In this document: one piece after another, positions 45,828 to 54,371 of the stretch
Position numbering within the stretch: the stretch's first letter is position 1
Layout of the letters: every line of letters starts with the position of its first letter
Source: Eubacteriales bacterium
Lineage (GTDB): Bacteria; Bacillota; Clostridia; Oscillospirales; CAG-272
DNA: 64,000 nt
Assembly: GCA_045543615.1 (NCBI GenBank)
Contig: JAZPXL010000007.1
Location: forward strand, 56,465 to 120,464
Direction of reading: 5' to 3'
The notes under the pieces: generated by a model
Told to the model about the DNA's origin: nothing
The model's input: only the letters and a program-made list of their open reading frames with translations
Database searches by the model: none
Made by a program: the position numbers and the translations under genes

Positions 45828-47516
45828 ATGATTGATGACAAGAAAAGCACAGACGCATACGCAGAGCACGATTCATTTTGGGATCTCGACTCTGTAATAC
45901 CAACAAGGCGCAGAATTACGCCGGCGTCAAAAGCTCATACTGAACCTGTCGAAATTGAGATTGAAGCACAAGAAGAAAGCAAATCGTCGATAAGTCCCCC
46001 TGAACCTATTTCAAAAAGAGAGACGGTCATACGCCGATTTGTGCGCACAGGTGGTGAGGACACGGAAAGCAGACGCCTGTGTGAGAGCGGATACAGTCCT
46101 GACATATCTCTTATTCATAAGGTACGAGTATACGGCTGGAGCGCGCCGTACAGGTATTACGAAAGCTTTGTTCGTATGGCTCGTTTTTATGATAATAAGA
46201 CTGCAGAACGTTGCGATGCTGTTGAGTTTTTTTCATATATTCCGCAATATTCTCAAATGAACAACCGTCAGCTTAGGTATTATTTGTATGTGAGAGAGCA
46301 AATCAAGCATGGAGTTTATCCCGATATTGATTACACTTATCTGCTGCTCTTTATTTATGAGATTATTAATCTTGCCGACGGCAAGTCCTATGAGTATTCG
46401 GTAGATCTGCTTACAAGGATCTGGATGAATTACAGACGGACATATGCAAGGCTTGACTCCCAACTGTCGGAATGGATATTTGACCTGTGCCTTATAGGAA
46501 ATGTAAAACCACCGTATAAGCTTATCGGAGATATAGTGGAAAAGCTTCCTGCAACGGCAGCTCTGCGTGAATTTTTTGTTGACGCATCGAGAGATTACGA
46601 CGGATATGCAGAACTTCTTATGAAGTATTGCTCAAATTACGATTACCGTAAGAGCAAATTCGCTGTTGCCGAAAATCTGCCACTATACGAAAAACACACA
46701 AAAGGCGTGCTCTCGTTTATTCTCTCAAAAAGCCAAGACCCTTCACATCCGTTTGACTTTTCGGGGCTGAGTTTCCAAGACAGCAAAACTACAAGAGACA
46801 GCTTTGTTGGTGCTTTGTGCTCGTCCAATATGAAAAAACGTATAGAGATTGAATACTGCTCGTTTTCTCATTCACACGAGCTGAGATTTGTGGTAACAGA
46901 CCTGCTTAAATATGCAGAAAACAGAATAAGAGCACACATAGGCGTAAAATCAAGACTCTCGTTTGGTTCACTCTCGCCAAAACTTAAGGCTCTTGCAGAT
47001 GAGTATTTCGACGCATATTTGCCGAAAAAAGCAATATTGGGCAGGATGGATGAAGAAATACCCGAATACGAGAAGTTATATGAGCCAAGAGAGAGCACCC
47101 TTTCATTCAGTGCAGCTGCGCTAATTGAGGAGAGCTCTTGGCAAACAACAGAACGTCTCGTTGATGCGTTTGATGGCGAAGCTGAAGATGAAACAGTACC
47201 TTTTGAAGTAGTTACACAGTTGCCAACAGAGCCCAACGATGAGCTCTCGGAAGATGATATGGTTGATGAGCTATTAAATAGCCTTTGCGATTACCAGCTT
47301 GAGTTTGTTTTGTTTGCAATACAGAACAAAGAAGAGGAGCAGAGGAGAATTGCGTCCGAAAGGTTTATGACGGCAGATGTAATTGCTGATCAAATCAACA
47401 CTCTGTCAGCTGATATTATAGGTGACATTGTTCTTGAAGAAGATGAGGATGGATTTTTAGTGCTTGATGATTATCTTGAACAGATCCATCGTGCTATAAC
47501 AAAAAGGAAAGGATGA
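45828..47516 (+). CDS. TerB-N / TerB-C domain protein (Shango SngA-like)
   Basis: FFSYIPQYSQMNNRQLRYYLYVREQIKHG...YLLLFIYEIIN (TerB-N-like), an acidic linker, then the C-terminal LEFVLFAIQNKEE...ADQINTLSADIIGDIVLEEDEDGFLVLDDY (TerB-C-like). No TM. Confidence 0.72.
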   Translation: MIDDKKSTDAYAEHDSFWDLDSVIPTRRRITPASKAHTEPVEIEIEAQEESKSSISPPEPISKRETVIRRFVRTGGEDTESRRLCESGYSPDISLIHKVRVYGWSAPYRYYESFVRMARFYDNKTAERCDAVEFFSYIPQYSQMNNRQLRYYLYVREQIKHGVYPDIDYTYLLLFIYEIINLADGKSYEYSVDLLTRIWMNYRRTYARLDSQLSEWIFDLCLIGNVKPPYKLIGDIVEKLPATAALREFFVDASRDYDGYAELLMKYCSNYDYRKSKFAVAENLPLYEKHTKGVLSFILSKSQDPSHPFDFSGLSFQDSKTTRDSFVGALCSSNMKKRIEIEYCSFSHSHELRFVVTDLLKYAENRIRAHIGVKSRLSFGSLSPKLKALADEYFDAYLPKKAILGRMDEEIPEYEKLYEPRESTLSFSAAALIEESSWQTTERLVDAFDGEAEDETVPFEVVTQLPTEPNDELSEDDMVDELLNSLCDYQLEFVLFAIQNKEEEQRRIASERFMTADVIADQINTLSADIIGDIVLEEDEDGFLVLDDYLEQIHRAITKRKG

Positions 47517-48865
47517 GAAAGATGGAGAACAGAAACAACTCAAGGATACCCAAAAGAATCCTGTCATCGCTGATTGCATCAATATCTGCAGGTGTTGTGC
47601 CAAGAGCCGGTGCACCTTATATAGCTATTGGCAGACAGGACGAGATCAACGCCTTGCTTTCGGATCTTGAGCTTATTAATGAGGGTGGTGGAAGTATGCG
47701 TTTCCTCATTGGCAGATACGGAAGTGGCAAGAGCTTTCTCATTCAGCTTATCAGAGGATATGCGCTTGAGAGGGATTTCCTGACAGCAGACTGCGACCTA
47801 TCGCCTGAGCGCAGGCTATATGGTAGTGGTGGTGGGGGTGTTGCAACATACCGTGAGCTTATGAAAAATCTTGCTTCCAAAGCGTCCCCCGACGGTGGAG
47901 CGTTACCGAAGATTATTTCCAAATGGGTTTATACTTTGCAGTCTGAGCTTGTTTCAGAAGGAATATCCCCGTCGTGTAGTGATTTTGGTTCTAAGCTTGA
48001 CTATAAAATTAATGAAGTGCTAAGAGAGATTGAGTTCCTTGTTGGAGGCTTTGATTTTGCTCGTGTAATCAGCGAATACTATAAAGCATCAATTTCCGGA
48101 AACGAAAACAGGATGGCTTCGTGTCTACGTTGGCTCAGAGGTGAGTATTCAACCAAAACAGAGGCAAGAAGAGAGCTTGGCTTTGATGTATCAGCAATAA
48201 TTGGTGATAACAACTGGTACGATTTTCTGAAGCTTTGGGCATCTCTTTCAAGCAAAATGGGATACAGAGGACTGGTTGTTTTCATTGACGAATGCGTAAA
48301 TCTCTATAAGATTCCACATAGAGTATCAAGAGAGAACAATTATGAAAAGATACTATCTATGTTCAACGATACTCTTCAAGGAAGGGCGGCACATCTTGGA
48401 CTTGTTCTTGGTGGAACACCACAGTTTCTTGAAGACCCACGAAGAGGTCTTTTCAGCTATGAGGCACTAAGGAGCAGGCTTTGCGACAGTAGGTTTAATA
48501 TTGAAGGATGCAAAAACTTTGTAGGCCCTGTTATAAGACTCGCAAGGCTTTCTGATGATGAGCTTCTTGCGCTTGTGGTTCGTGTAACGGCATTACATTC
48601 CCAAAACTATAATTGGAGCGCGAGAGTGAGCGAGGACGATCAGGTTGCGTTTGTAAAGATTTGTCTTGAGAGAGCCGGCGCAAACATTCTCATAACACCA
48701 AGAGAAATGCTCAGGGATTATATGACGGTACTGAATATACTGATGCAAAACCCGTCTGTAAGCTTTTCTGATATAGTCGGTACAACGGTTACGCTAAAAA
48801 CCGAAGAAGCGAGTGACGGTAATTCCAAAAGTGGCGAGTTTGACCTTGAGGATATAGAGTTTTAA
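47513..48865 (+). CDS. P-loop ATPase, DUF2791/BrxD-like (Shango ATPase-like)
   Basis: Walker A GRYGSGKS, Walker B GLVVFIDE. ATGA overlap with the upstream gene (alternative ATG at 47522). Confidence 0.72.
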   Translation: MRKMENRNNSRIPKRILSSLIASISAGVVPRAGAPYIAIGRQDEINALLSDLELINEGGGSMRFLIGRYGSGKSFLIQLIRGYALERDFLTADCDLSPERRLYGSGGGGVATYRELMKNLASKASPDGGALPKIISKWVYTLQSELVSEGISPSCSDFGSKLDYKINEVLREIEFLVGGFDFARVISEYYKASISGNENRMASCLRWLRGEYSTKTEARRELGFDVSAIIGDNNWYDFLKLWASLSSKMGYRGLVVFIDECVNLYKIPHRVSRENNYEKILSMFNDTLQGRAAHLGLVLGGTPQFLEDPRRGLFSYEALRSRLCDSRFNIEGCKNFVGPVIRLARLSDDELLALVVRVTALHSQNYNWSARVSEDDQVAFVKICLERAGANILITPREMLRDYMTVLNILMQNPSVSFSDIVGTTVTLKTEEASDGNSKSGEFDLEDIEF

Positions 48866-48874
48866 GGTGACAGG

Positions 48875-51127
48875 ATGAGCGAACAAGATAGAATATTTGA
48901 AAGATTTCCTGATTATATTAGGGAATATATTTATGAGCATTCGTGGGACTCACTTCGTTCGATACAGGTTATGGCAGCAAAATCGCTCTTTGAGAGCGAA
49001 AACAATCTGCTTTTGACCTCATCAACGGCTTCAGGAAAGACGGAAGCAGCTTTCTTTCCCATACTCTCAATGCTCGATGAGGATATGCCGCAAAGCATCG
49101 GGGTTTTGTATATAGCACCTCTCAAAAGCCTTATAAACGATCAGTTTGGCAGAATTGGTGAGTTGCTTGATATGTCCGGTATCCCCGTGACGCATTGGCA
49201 CGGAGATGTTGCGCAATCGCATAAAAAGAAACTGCTTGAAAATCCGAGAGGAATATTGCAAATAACACCTGAATCTCTTGAATCAATGTTGATGAATCGC
49301 TCAAACGATATTGTTCGTTTGTTCTACGACCTCCGTTTTGTAATCATTGATGAGATTCATACGCTAAGTGGTTCTGACAGAGGCAATCAGATAATATGTC
49401 AGCTTTGCAGACTTGGCAAGAAGATTGGACATCATCCAAGGAGAATAGGATTGTCGGCCACTATTGGAGACCCAAGGCTTGCTGCTGATTGGCTTTCTGC
49501 CGGTAGTGGACGGGAAACAGATATTCCCGAGGCTTCAAGCGAGAAGTTGCGCTGGCGTCTTGGAATGGAGCACTTCTTTCTTCAAAATCCAAGCTTTGAT
49601 CAATCGGGAAAAAGCGAGCAAGAGCCGCTTGTGCCTGATTGCAGAGAGGGTGGGGTAGCAGCAATTGATGCAGGCTACGAATATATTTACGATTGCGTAA
49701 GGGATAAAAAATCTCTTGTGTTTTCAAACTCAAGAGAAGAAACGGAATATGTTACTGCAACTCTCAGACAAATTGCAAAAAACAGGGGAGAGGCTGACAT
49801 CTTCTTAATTCATCACGGCAATCTCTCGGCATCACTAAGAGAAGAAGCAGAGCTTAAGATGAAAGATGATGATGTGCACGCTGTCACCTGCGCAACTGTT
49901 ACGATGGAGCTTGGTATTGATATTGGCAAGCTTGAGAGAGTTGTTCAGAACTCCTCGCCTAACTCAGTCTCAAGTCTGCTTCAAAGACTTGGACGGTCGG
50001 GTAGAAGAGGACAACCACCTGAAATGATGCTTGTGTTCAGGGAAGAAGATCCACTACCTAATACGCCACTGCCTCAACTGATCCCGTGGGAGCTTTTGAG
50101 AGCGATTGCAATAGTACAGCTATATATCGAAGAGAGGTTTATTGAGCCTCCCAGAATCAAAAAGCTTCCGTTCAGCTTGGCGTTCCATCAGACACTTAGT
50201 GTTCTTGCTTCAAGCGGAGAGCTAAAGCCAAAGGCACTTGCTGACATTGTTCTGTCACTTCCACCCCTTTCGGCCATCACAAAAGAGGATTATAAAACTC
50301 TTATAGTTTCGATGATAAAAAACGATTTTATCGAGATGACCGAGGAAAAAGGACTTATTGTCGGACTTGCAGGTGAGAAGCTGATTTCAAGCTTTAAGTT
50401 CTATGCAGTTTTCAAAGACAGCGAGGATTATACAGTCAGATGTGAATCTGACGAGATTGGCACTATAACTACTCCATCACCGATTGGGGACAGGTTTGCT
50501 CTTGCCGGTAGAGTGTGGGAGGTTGAAGAGCTTGATATTCCGAGAAAGCTGATTTACGTAAAAGCTGTTGAAGGTAAAATGGAAATCTCGTGGCCCGGTG
50601 ACTACGGCGAGATACACACAAAAATTCTTAAGCGAATGAGACGTGTTCTTGAAGAAGATACAGCATATCCATATCTAAAGCCAAACGCTGTGCACAGACT
50701 TGAAGTTGCAAGACATCTTGCGAGAAATACAGGAATGCTTGAGCATTCAATAGTTCATCTTGGTGGATACTCCTGGTGCGTTTTTCCTTGGCTCGGTACA
50801 AGAGCTTTCAGAACATTCAGAAAATATCTTGCTTTGCGTGGCGATGAGTTTAAGATCAGTGGCATTGAATATGAGGGCTGTTGCTTCATTACTTTCAAGA
50901 TGGAGAAGGGCAACGATTATTCACTTGCTTCAGGTCTTGCCCGTGGCGTAATGAGAGATGGTATAGACAGGCGTGCACTTGTCAAGCCGGGAGAGAATCC
51001 GGTGTTTGAAAAGTACGATGATCATATACCAACCGAGCTTCTTCAGAAGGCTTATATTGCAGATAAGCTTTCGCACGAAGAAGCCGAGGAACGAATACTC
51101 GAAATATTTTCAGAATATTGTGAATAA
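48875..51127 (+). CDS. SF2 DEAD/DEAH-box helicase, Lhr/BrxHI-like (Shango helicase-like)
   Basis: Motifs Q (RSIQ), I (STASGKT), II (DEIH), III (SAT) and VI (QRLGRSGRRG), plus a ~330-aa C-terminal extension. Confidence 0.85.
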   Translation: MSEQDRIFERFPDYIREYIYEHSWDSLRSIQVMAAKSLFESENNLLLTSSTASGKTEAAFFPILSMLDEDMPQSIGVLYIAPLKSLINDQFGRIGELLDMSGIPVTHWHGDVAQSHKKKLLENPRGILQITPESLESMLMNRSNDIVRLFYDLRFVIIDEIHTLSGSDRGNQIICQLCRLGKKIGHHPRRIGLSATIGDPRLAADWLSAGSGRETDIPEASSEKLRWRLGMEHFFLQNPSFDQSGKSEQEPLVPDCREGGVAAIDAGYEYIYDCVRDKKSLVFSNSREETEYVTATLRQIAKNRGEADIFLIHHGNLSASLREEAELKMKDDDVHAVTCATVTMELGIDIGKLERVVQNSSPNSVSSLLQRLGRSGRRGQPPEMMLVFREEDPLPNTPLPQLIPWELLRAIAIVQLYIEERFIEPPRIKKLPFSLAFHQTLSVLASSGELKPKALADIVLSLPPLSAITKEDYKTLIVSMIKNDFIEMTEEKGLIVGLAGEKLISSFKFYAVFKDSEDYTVRCESDEIGTITTPSPIGDRFALAGRVWEVEELDIPRKLIYVKAVEGKMEISWPGDYGEIHTKILKRMRRVLEEDTAYPYLKPNAVHRLEVARHLARNTGMLEHSIVHLGGYSWCVFPWLGTRAFRTFRKYLALRGDEFKISGIEYEGCCFITFKMEKGNDYSLASGLARGVMRDGIDRRALVKPGENPVFEKYDDHIPTELLQKAYIADKLSHEEAEERILEIFSEYCE

Positions 51128-51128
51128 G

Positions 51129-51165
51129 AAAACAGCCATAAGCAATTTTGCTTATGGCTGTTTTT
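51129..51165. terminator. Bidirectional rho-independent terminator (perfect 15-bp stem)
   Basis: aaaacagccataagc-aatttt-gcttatggctgtttt. Also contains the stop codon of the convergent small ORF. Confidence 0.85.
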
Positions 51166-51424
51166 GATAGCTGCGTGCAGTTATGTCATACAAAAGCATT
51201 CCACCAAAATATATCACAAAAGACATAAGTATCTGCTCAAGCATAGGTAAATAATAAAAATGAGCTCCATCTATATATCCACCGTCAACTGTGTTCAAGC
51301 TGATTATTATGTAAGCAAGAGAAATAATTGTAATGGTTGCTCCACTTTTGAAGAGAGTAATTGCTGCTTTTGGTATTTGACTTACTTTTTGAGCCAGGCT
51401 TGAAATAATAAGAGTTGTTTTCAT
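51152..51424 (-). CDS. Small (90 aa) two/three-TM membrane protein, unknown function
   Basis: ATG 6 nt after GGAGAA. Hydrophobic segments. Convergent with the helicase gene. Confidence 0.4.
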   Translation of the reverse strand: MKTTLIISSLAQKVSQIPKAAITLFKSGATITIISLAYIIISLNTVDGGYIDGAHFYYLPMLEQILMSFVIYFGGMLLYDITARSYQKQP

Positions 51425-51782
51425 TTTTTCTCCTGTTTTTAAAATAATCAAATGAATATTTTTAAGTTATGCAGAAAAATATGCAAAAAATCCTCCATAT
51501 AGCTTAATTGTAACAAGGAAAACGCAAGTTTTCAATGCTAAATATCTGGTAATTGGCTAAAGCGAGCTACGTAAATCCCGATTAAATTGCAATATAATCC
51601 ATCAATTTGCTGATTTTTGTTGTTTTGATGATTTCTTGGTAGCTCATATTAAATACAAATTGTCGTATTGAATGTCGCTCACAAGGGTTAAAAACTCAAA
51701 ACAACACAGATTCTTCGTCAAATTGTCCAATTAAATTTGGTTTTTTATAACTAAATCTTCATAGTAGGTGTCGAAATATCTG

Positions 51783-51791
51783 TGGTATAAT
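51783..51791 (+). promoter_or_regulatory. Extended -10 element TGgTATAAT
   Basis: Lies 38 nt upstream of the ATG at 51829, with a weak -35. Confidence 0.4.
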
Positions 51792-51828
51792 CTATATAAA
51801 TCGGCATTATAAAAAGGAGGAATGGGAA

Positions 51829-52125
51829 ATGAAATTATTTGACTTTACAAAGAACAACGAATGCCGCAGTATAATTCAAATTAAGGGAGACATAAGGAGC
51901 GTGCAAGGGGAGGACGTATATTATCGTCTATATGAAGTGAGAAAGGGAGCTATAAAAAGCTACGCAATTAATATCTGTTGTGGGCCTGAGAGCGAGATCT
52001 GCTCCTTTGGCACAGATAGGGCTGCAGTATTTGCAATTTATAGGAAGATTGTAAGAGGTGCCGTTACACCGACAACTCTGAAGGAGATAGCAGAAGATTA
52101 TTTCGCAGAAAAACGATACAGTTGA
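51829..52125 (+). CDS. Hypothetical 98-aa soluble protein
   Basis: AAAGGAGG RBS. No recognisable motif and no terminator before nrdR. Confidence 0.4.
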   Translation: MKLFDFTKNNECRSIIQIKGDIRSVQGEDVYYRLYEVRKGAIKSYAINICCGPESEICSFGTDRAAVFAIYRKIVRGAVTPTTLKEIAEDYFAEKRYS

Positions 52126-52251
52126 GTGCAGAGATCGTGAGAAAAGAGAATTATTGTCTATGCTCTTTACAAATTGAAAAAAATGTGGTATTATATATAG
52201 AGGCAAAAGTTGCCAACATCAATTATTTCTAAACACGAGAGGAATCAGAGT

Positions 52252-52710
52252 ATGAAATGCCCCGCTTGCGGTTGCCTTGAAAGCAAGGTTATCGATTCAA
52301 GACAAAATGTAGAAGGAAACAATATACGACGCAGAAGAGAATGCCTCAGCTGCCAGAGAAGATTTACAACTTTTGAGGTTATTGAATCTGTGCAGATAAT
52401 TGTGCTTAAAAAAGATGGCACAAAAGAGCTGTTCGATCCCTCAAAGCTCCTCTCGGGACTTCTGAAGGCTTGCCAGAAGCGTCCTGTTAATGCTGAGACG
52501 ATAGCTTTTGAAATCGAAGCTGAGCTTCAGAATTCACTTCGCAGAGAGGTTACATCTACTGACATAGGTGAGATGGTAATGCGCAAGCTAAAAGTTGCTG
52601 ACGATGTAGCTTATGTGCGCTTTGCGAGTGTGTACAGAGAGTTTAAGGATATTGAAACATTTATTCGTGAACTTAACGATATTCGCAACAACGAGGGCGA
52701 GTCTGAATAA
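52252..52710 (+). CDS. nrdR: Transcriptional repressor NrdR
   Basis: MKCPACG...[12 protein letters not shown] zinc ribbon plus an ATP-cone, 152 aa. Start at the Met with a GAGAGG RBS. Confidence 0.93.
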   Translation: MKCPACGCLESKVIDSRQNVEGNNIRRRRECLSCQRRFTTFEVIESVQIIVLKKDGTKELFDPSKLLSGLLKACQKRPVNAETIAFEIEAELQNSLRREVTSTDIGEMVMRKLKVADDVAYVRFASVYREFKDIETFIRELNDIRNNEGESE

Positions 52711-52733
52711 GCGCAATTTTATATACACAAACG

Positions 52734-52775
52734 AAAATAAAGCCGGTATGTACACTCGGCTTTATTTTCATTTTT
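52734..52775 (+). terminator. Rho-independent terminator of nrdR
   Basis: aaaataaagccg-(11 nt)-cggctttatttt followed by catttttg. Confidence 0.75.
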
Positions 52776-52836
52776 GAGAAAAACTTTACTTGTAAAGAAA
52801 AATATTTAAATAAGTCTTTTTTTCTTCTATTTTTTG

Positions 52837-52845
52837 TGCTATAAT
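52837..52845 (+). promoter_or_regulatory. Extended -10 element TGcTATAAT upstream of pyk
   Basis: tgtgctataat lies 45 nt upstream of the ATG at 52890. Confidence 0.5.
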
Positions 52846-52889
52846 ATAAGCTGAACGAAATTGTTCTTGAAAGGAGCTAAATATATATT

Positions 52890-54302
52890 ATGAGAAAAAC
52901 CAAGATTGTTTGCTCGATAGGCCCTGCCAGCGAGAGCGAAGAGGTTTTGATTGGGCTTTGCAAGGCGGGAATGAATGTTGCAAGATTTAATTTTTCACAC
53001 GGAACATACGAAGAGCATCAGAGAAGATTTGACGTCCTTAAAAAAGTAAGAAAAACTCTTGGCCTTCCTATCGCTATTATGCTTGACACCAAGGGACCTG
53101 AATATAGAATTAAGACATTCAAAGATGGCGCAATCGAACTTTCGGACGGCGACAGCTTTACATTTACAACAGACGATGTTGAGGGAGATAACACCATAGT
53201 TTCTGTTACATACAAGAACCTCCACGAAGAACTTGAGGCTGGTGATAGAATCCTTCTTAACAACGGTCTTTTGCTTTTTGATGTCGTCAGCATTGAAGGT
53301 CATAATATTAACTGCAAGGTTGTGTGTGGTGGAGAGCTCAGCAACAGAAAGAGTATGAGCTTTGGAGGCAAGGTGCTTAAGCAGGTTTACCTTTCTGAGC
53401 AGGACAAGGCTGACATTCTTTTTGGAGTTCAGAACGGAATTGACTATATTGCTTGCTCCTTTGTTTCCTGTAAGCAGGATCTTATTGACGTTGCAGAATA
53501 TCTCGAAGAGATTGGTGCTAACCACATTGAGCTTATTGCAAAAATTGAGAATCAGTCCGGTGTTGACAATATCGAGGAGATCTGTGAGCATTGTGACGGA
53601 ATTATGGTTGCAAGAGGAGATATGGGTGTTGAAGTTCCTTTCGATCAGCTCCCTGCAATCCAGAAGGAGCTTATCACAAAGTGCAGAATGCTTGGTAAGA
53701 GAGTTATCACTGCAACAGAAATGCTTGAGTCTATGATTCACAACCCCAGACCCACAAGAGCCGAGATTTCCGATGTTGCGAATGCTGTTTATGATGGCAC
53801 AAGCGCTATTATGCTTTCAGGTGAGACTGCTGCCGGCGAATATCCGGTTCTTACTGTTCAGACGATGGCAAAGATTGCTGAAACTGCTGAAAGTAATATT
53901 GATTATGCTTCAAGATTTTATAGCTCTGCTTTCAAGATTAAAAATTCAGTCGATGCTATTTCTCACGCAACCTGCGCCATGTCCATTGATATCAATGCAA
54001 AGGCTATCGTAGCTTGCTCGCTTTCCGGTATGACAGCAAGACTTGTTTCTCGTTTCCGTGCTCCCGGCCCGATTATTGGACTTACAACGGATGAGAACAC
54101 CTGGCGCAAGCTTGCGCTCTCTTGGGGCGTTATTCCCGTTATGTGCGAAACCTATAATTCTACCGACGTTCTTTTCTATATTGCAAAGAAGACAGCGGCA
54201 GAGGGACTCGGTCTTAAGAAGGGTGACAAAATTGTTATAACCGGTGGAGATACAACGGGCAAATCCGGCAACACAAATCTTATTAAGGTTGAAGAGATTT
54301 AA
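52890..54302 (+). CDS. pyk: Pyruvate kinase
   Basis: MRKTKIVCSIGPAS, MVARGDMGVE, 470 aa. Confidence 0.93.
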   Translation: MRKTKIVCSIGPASESEEVLIGLCKAGMNVARFNFSHGTYEEHQRRFDVLKKVRKTLGLPIAIMLDTKGPEYRIKTFKDGAIELSDGDSFTFTTDDVEGDNTIVSVTYKNLHEELEAGDRILLNNGLLLFDVVSIEGHNINCKVVCGGELSNRKSMSFGGKVLKQVYLSEQDKADILFGVQNGIDYIACSFVSCKQDLIDVAEYLEEIGANHIELIAKIENQSGVDNIEEICEHCDGIMVARGDMGVEVPFDQLPAIQKELITKCRMLGKRVITATEMLESMIHNPRPTRAEISDVANAVYDGTSAIMLSGETAAGEYPVLTVQTMAKIAETAESNIDYASRFYSSAFKIKNSVDAISHATCAMSIDINAKAIVACSLSGMTARLVSRFRAPGPIIGLTTDENTWRKLALSWGVIPVMCETYNSTDVLFYIAKKTAAEGLGLKKGDKIVITGGDTTGKSGNTNLIKVEEI

Positions 54303-54319
54303 TTATCAACTTAATACAT

Positions 54320-54353
54320 AAAGACAGCCACCGCTTTCGCGGTGGCTGTCTTT
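54320..54353. terminator. Bidirectional rho-independent terminator
   Basis: aaagacagccaccgc-tttc-gcggtggctgtcttt is a perfect 15-bp stem between convergent pyk and PEPCK. Confidence 0.85.
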
Positions 54354-54371
54354 AAAATTTTTAAATAAAGC

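Noticed and set aside
52995-53741. Long antisense or alternate-frame ORFs inside well-supported genes. Examples: 52995-53741 in pyk, 55170-56030 in pck, 31286-31966 in galM, 32286-32969 in the PBP5 gene, 10447-10950 and 11655-12179 in pheST, 1530-2069 in ychF, 14202-14864 in gdhA, 17074-17637 in clpC.
   Set aside because: Their composition is low-complexity or Ser/Leu/Arg-rich, they have no RBS, and they are fully embedded in genes with unambiguous homology. These are shadow ORFs.
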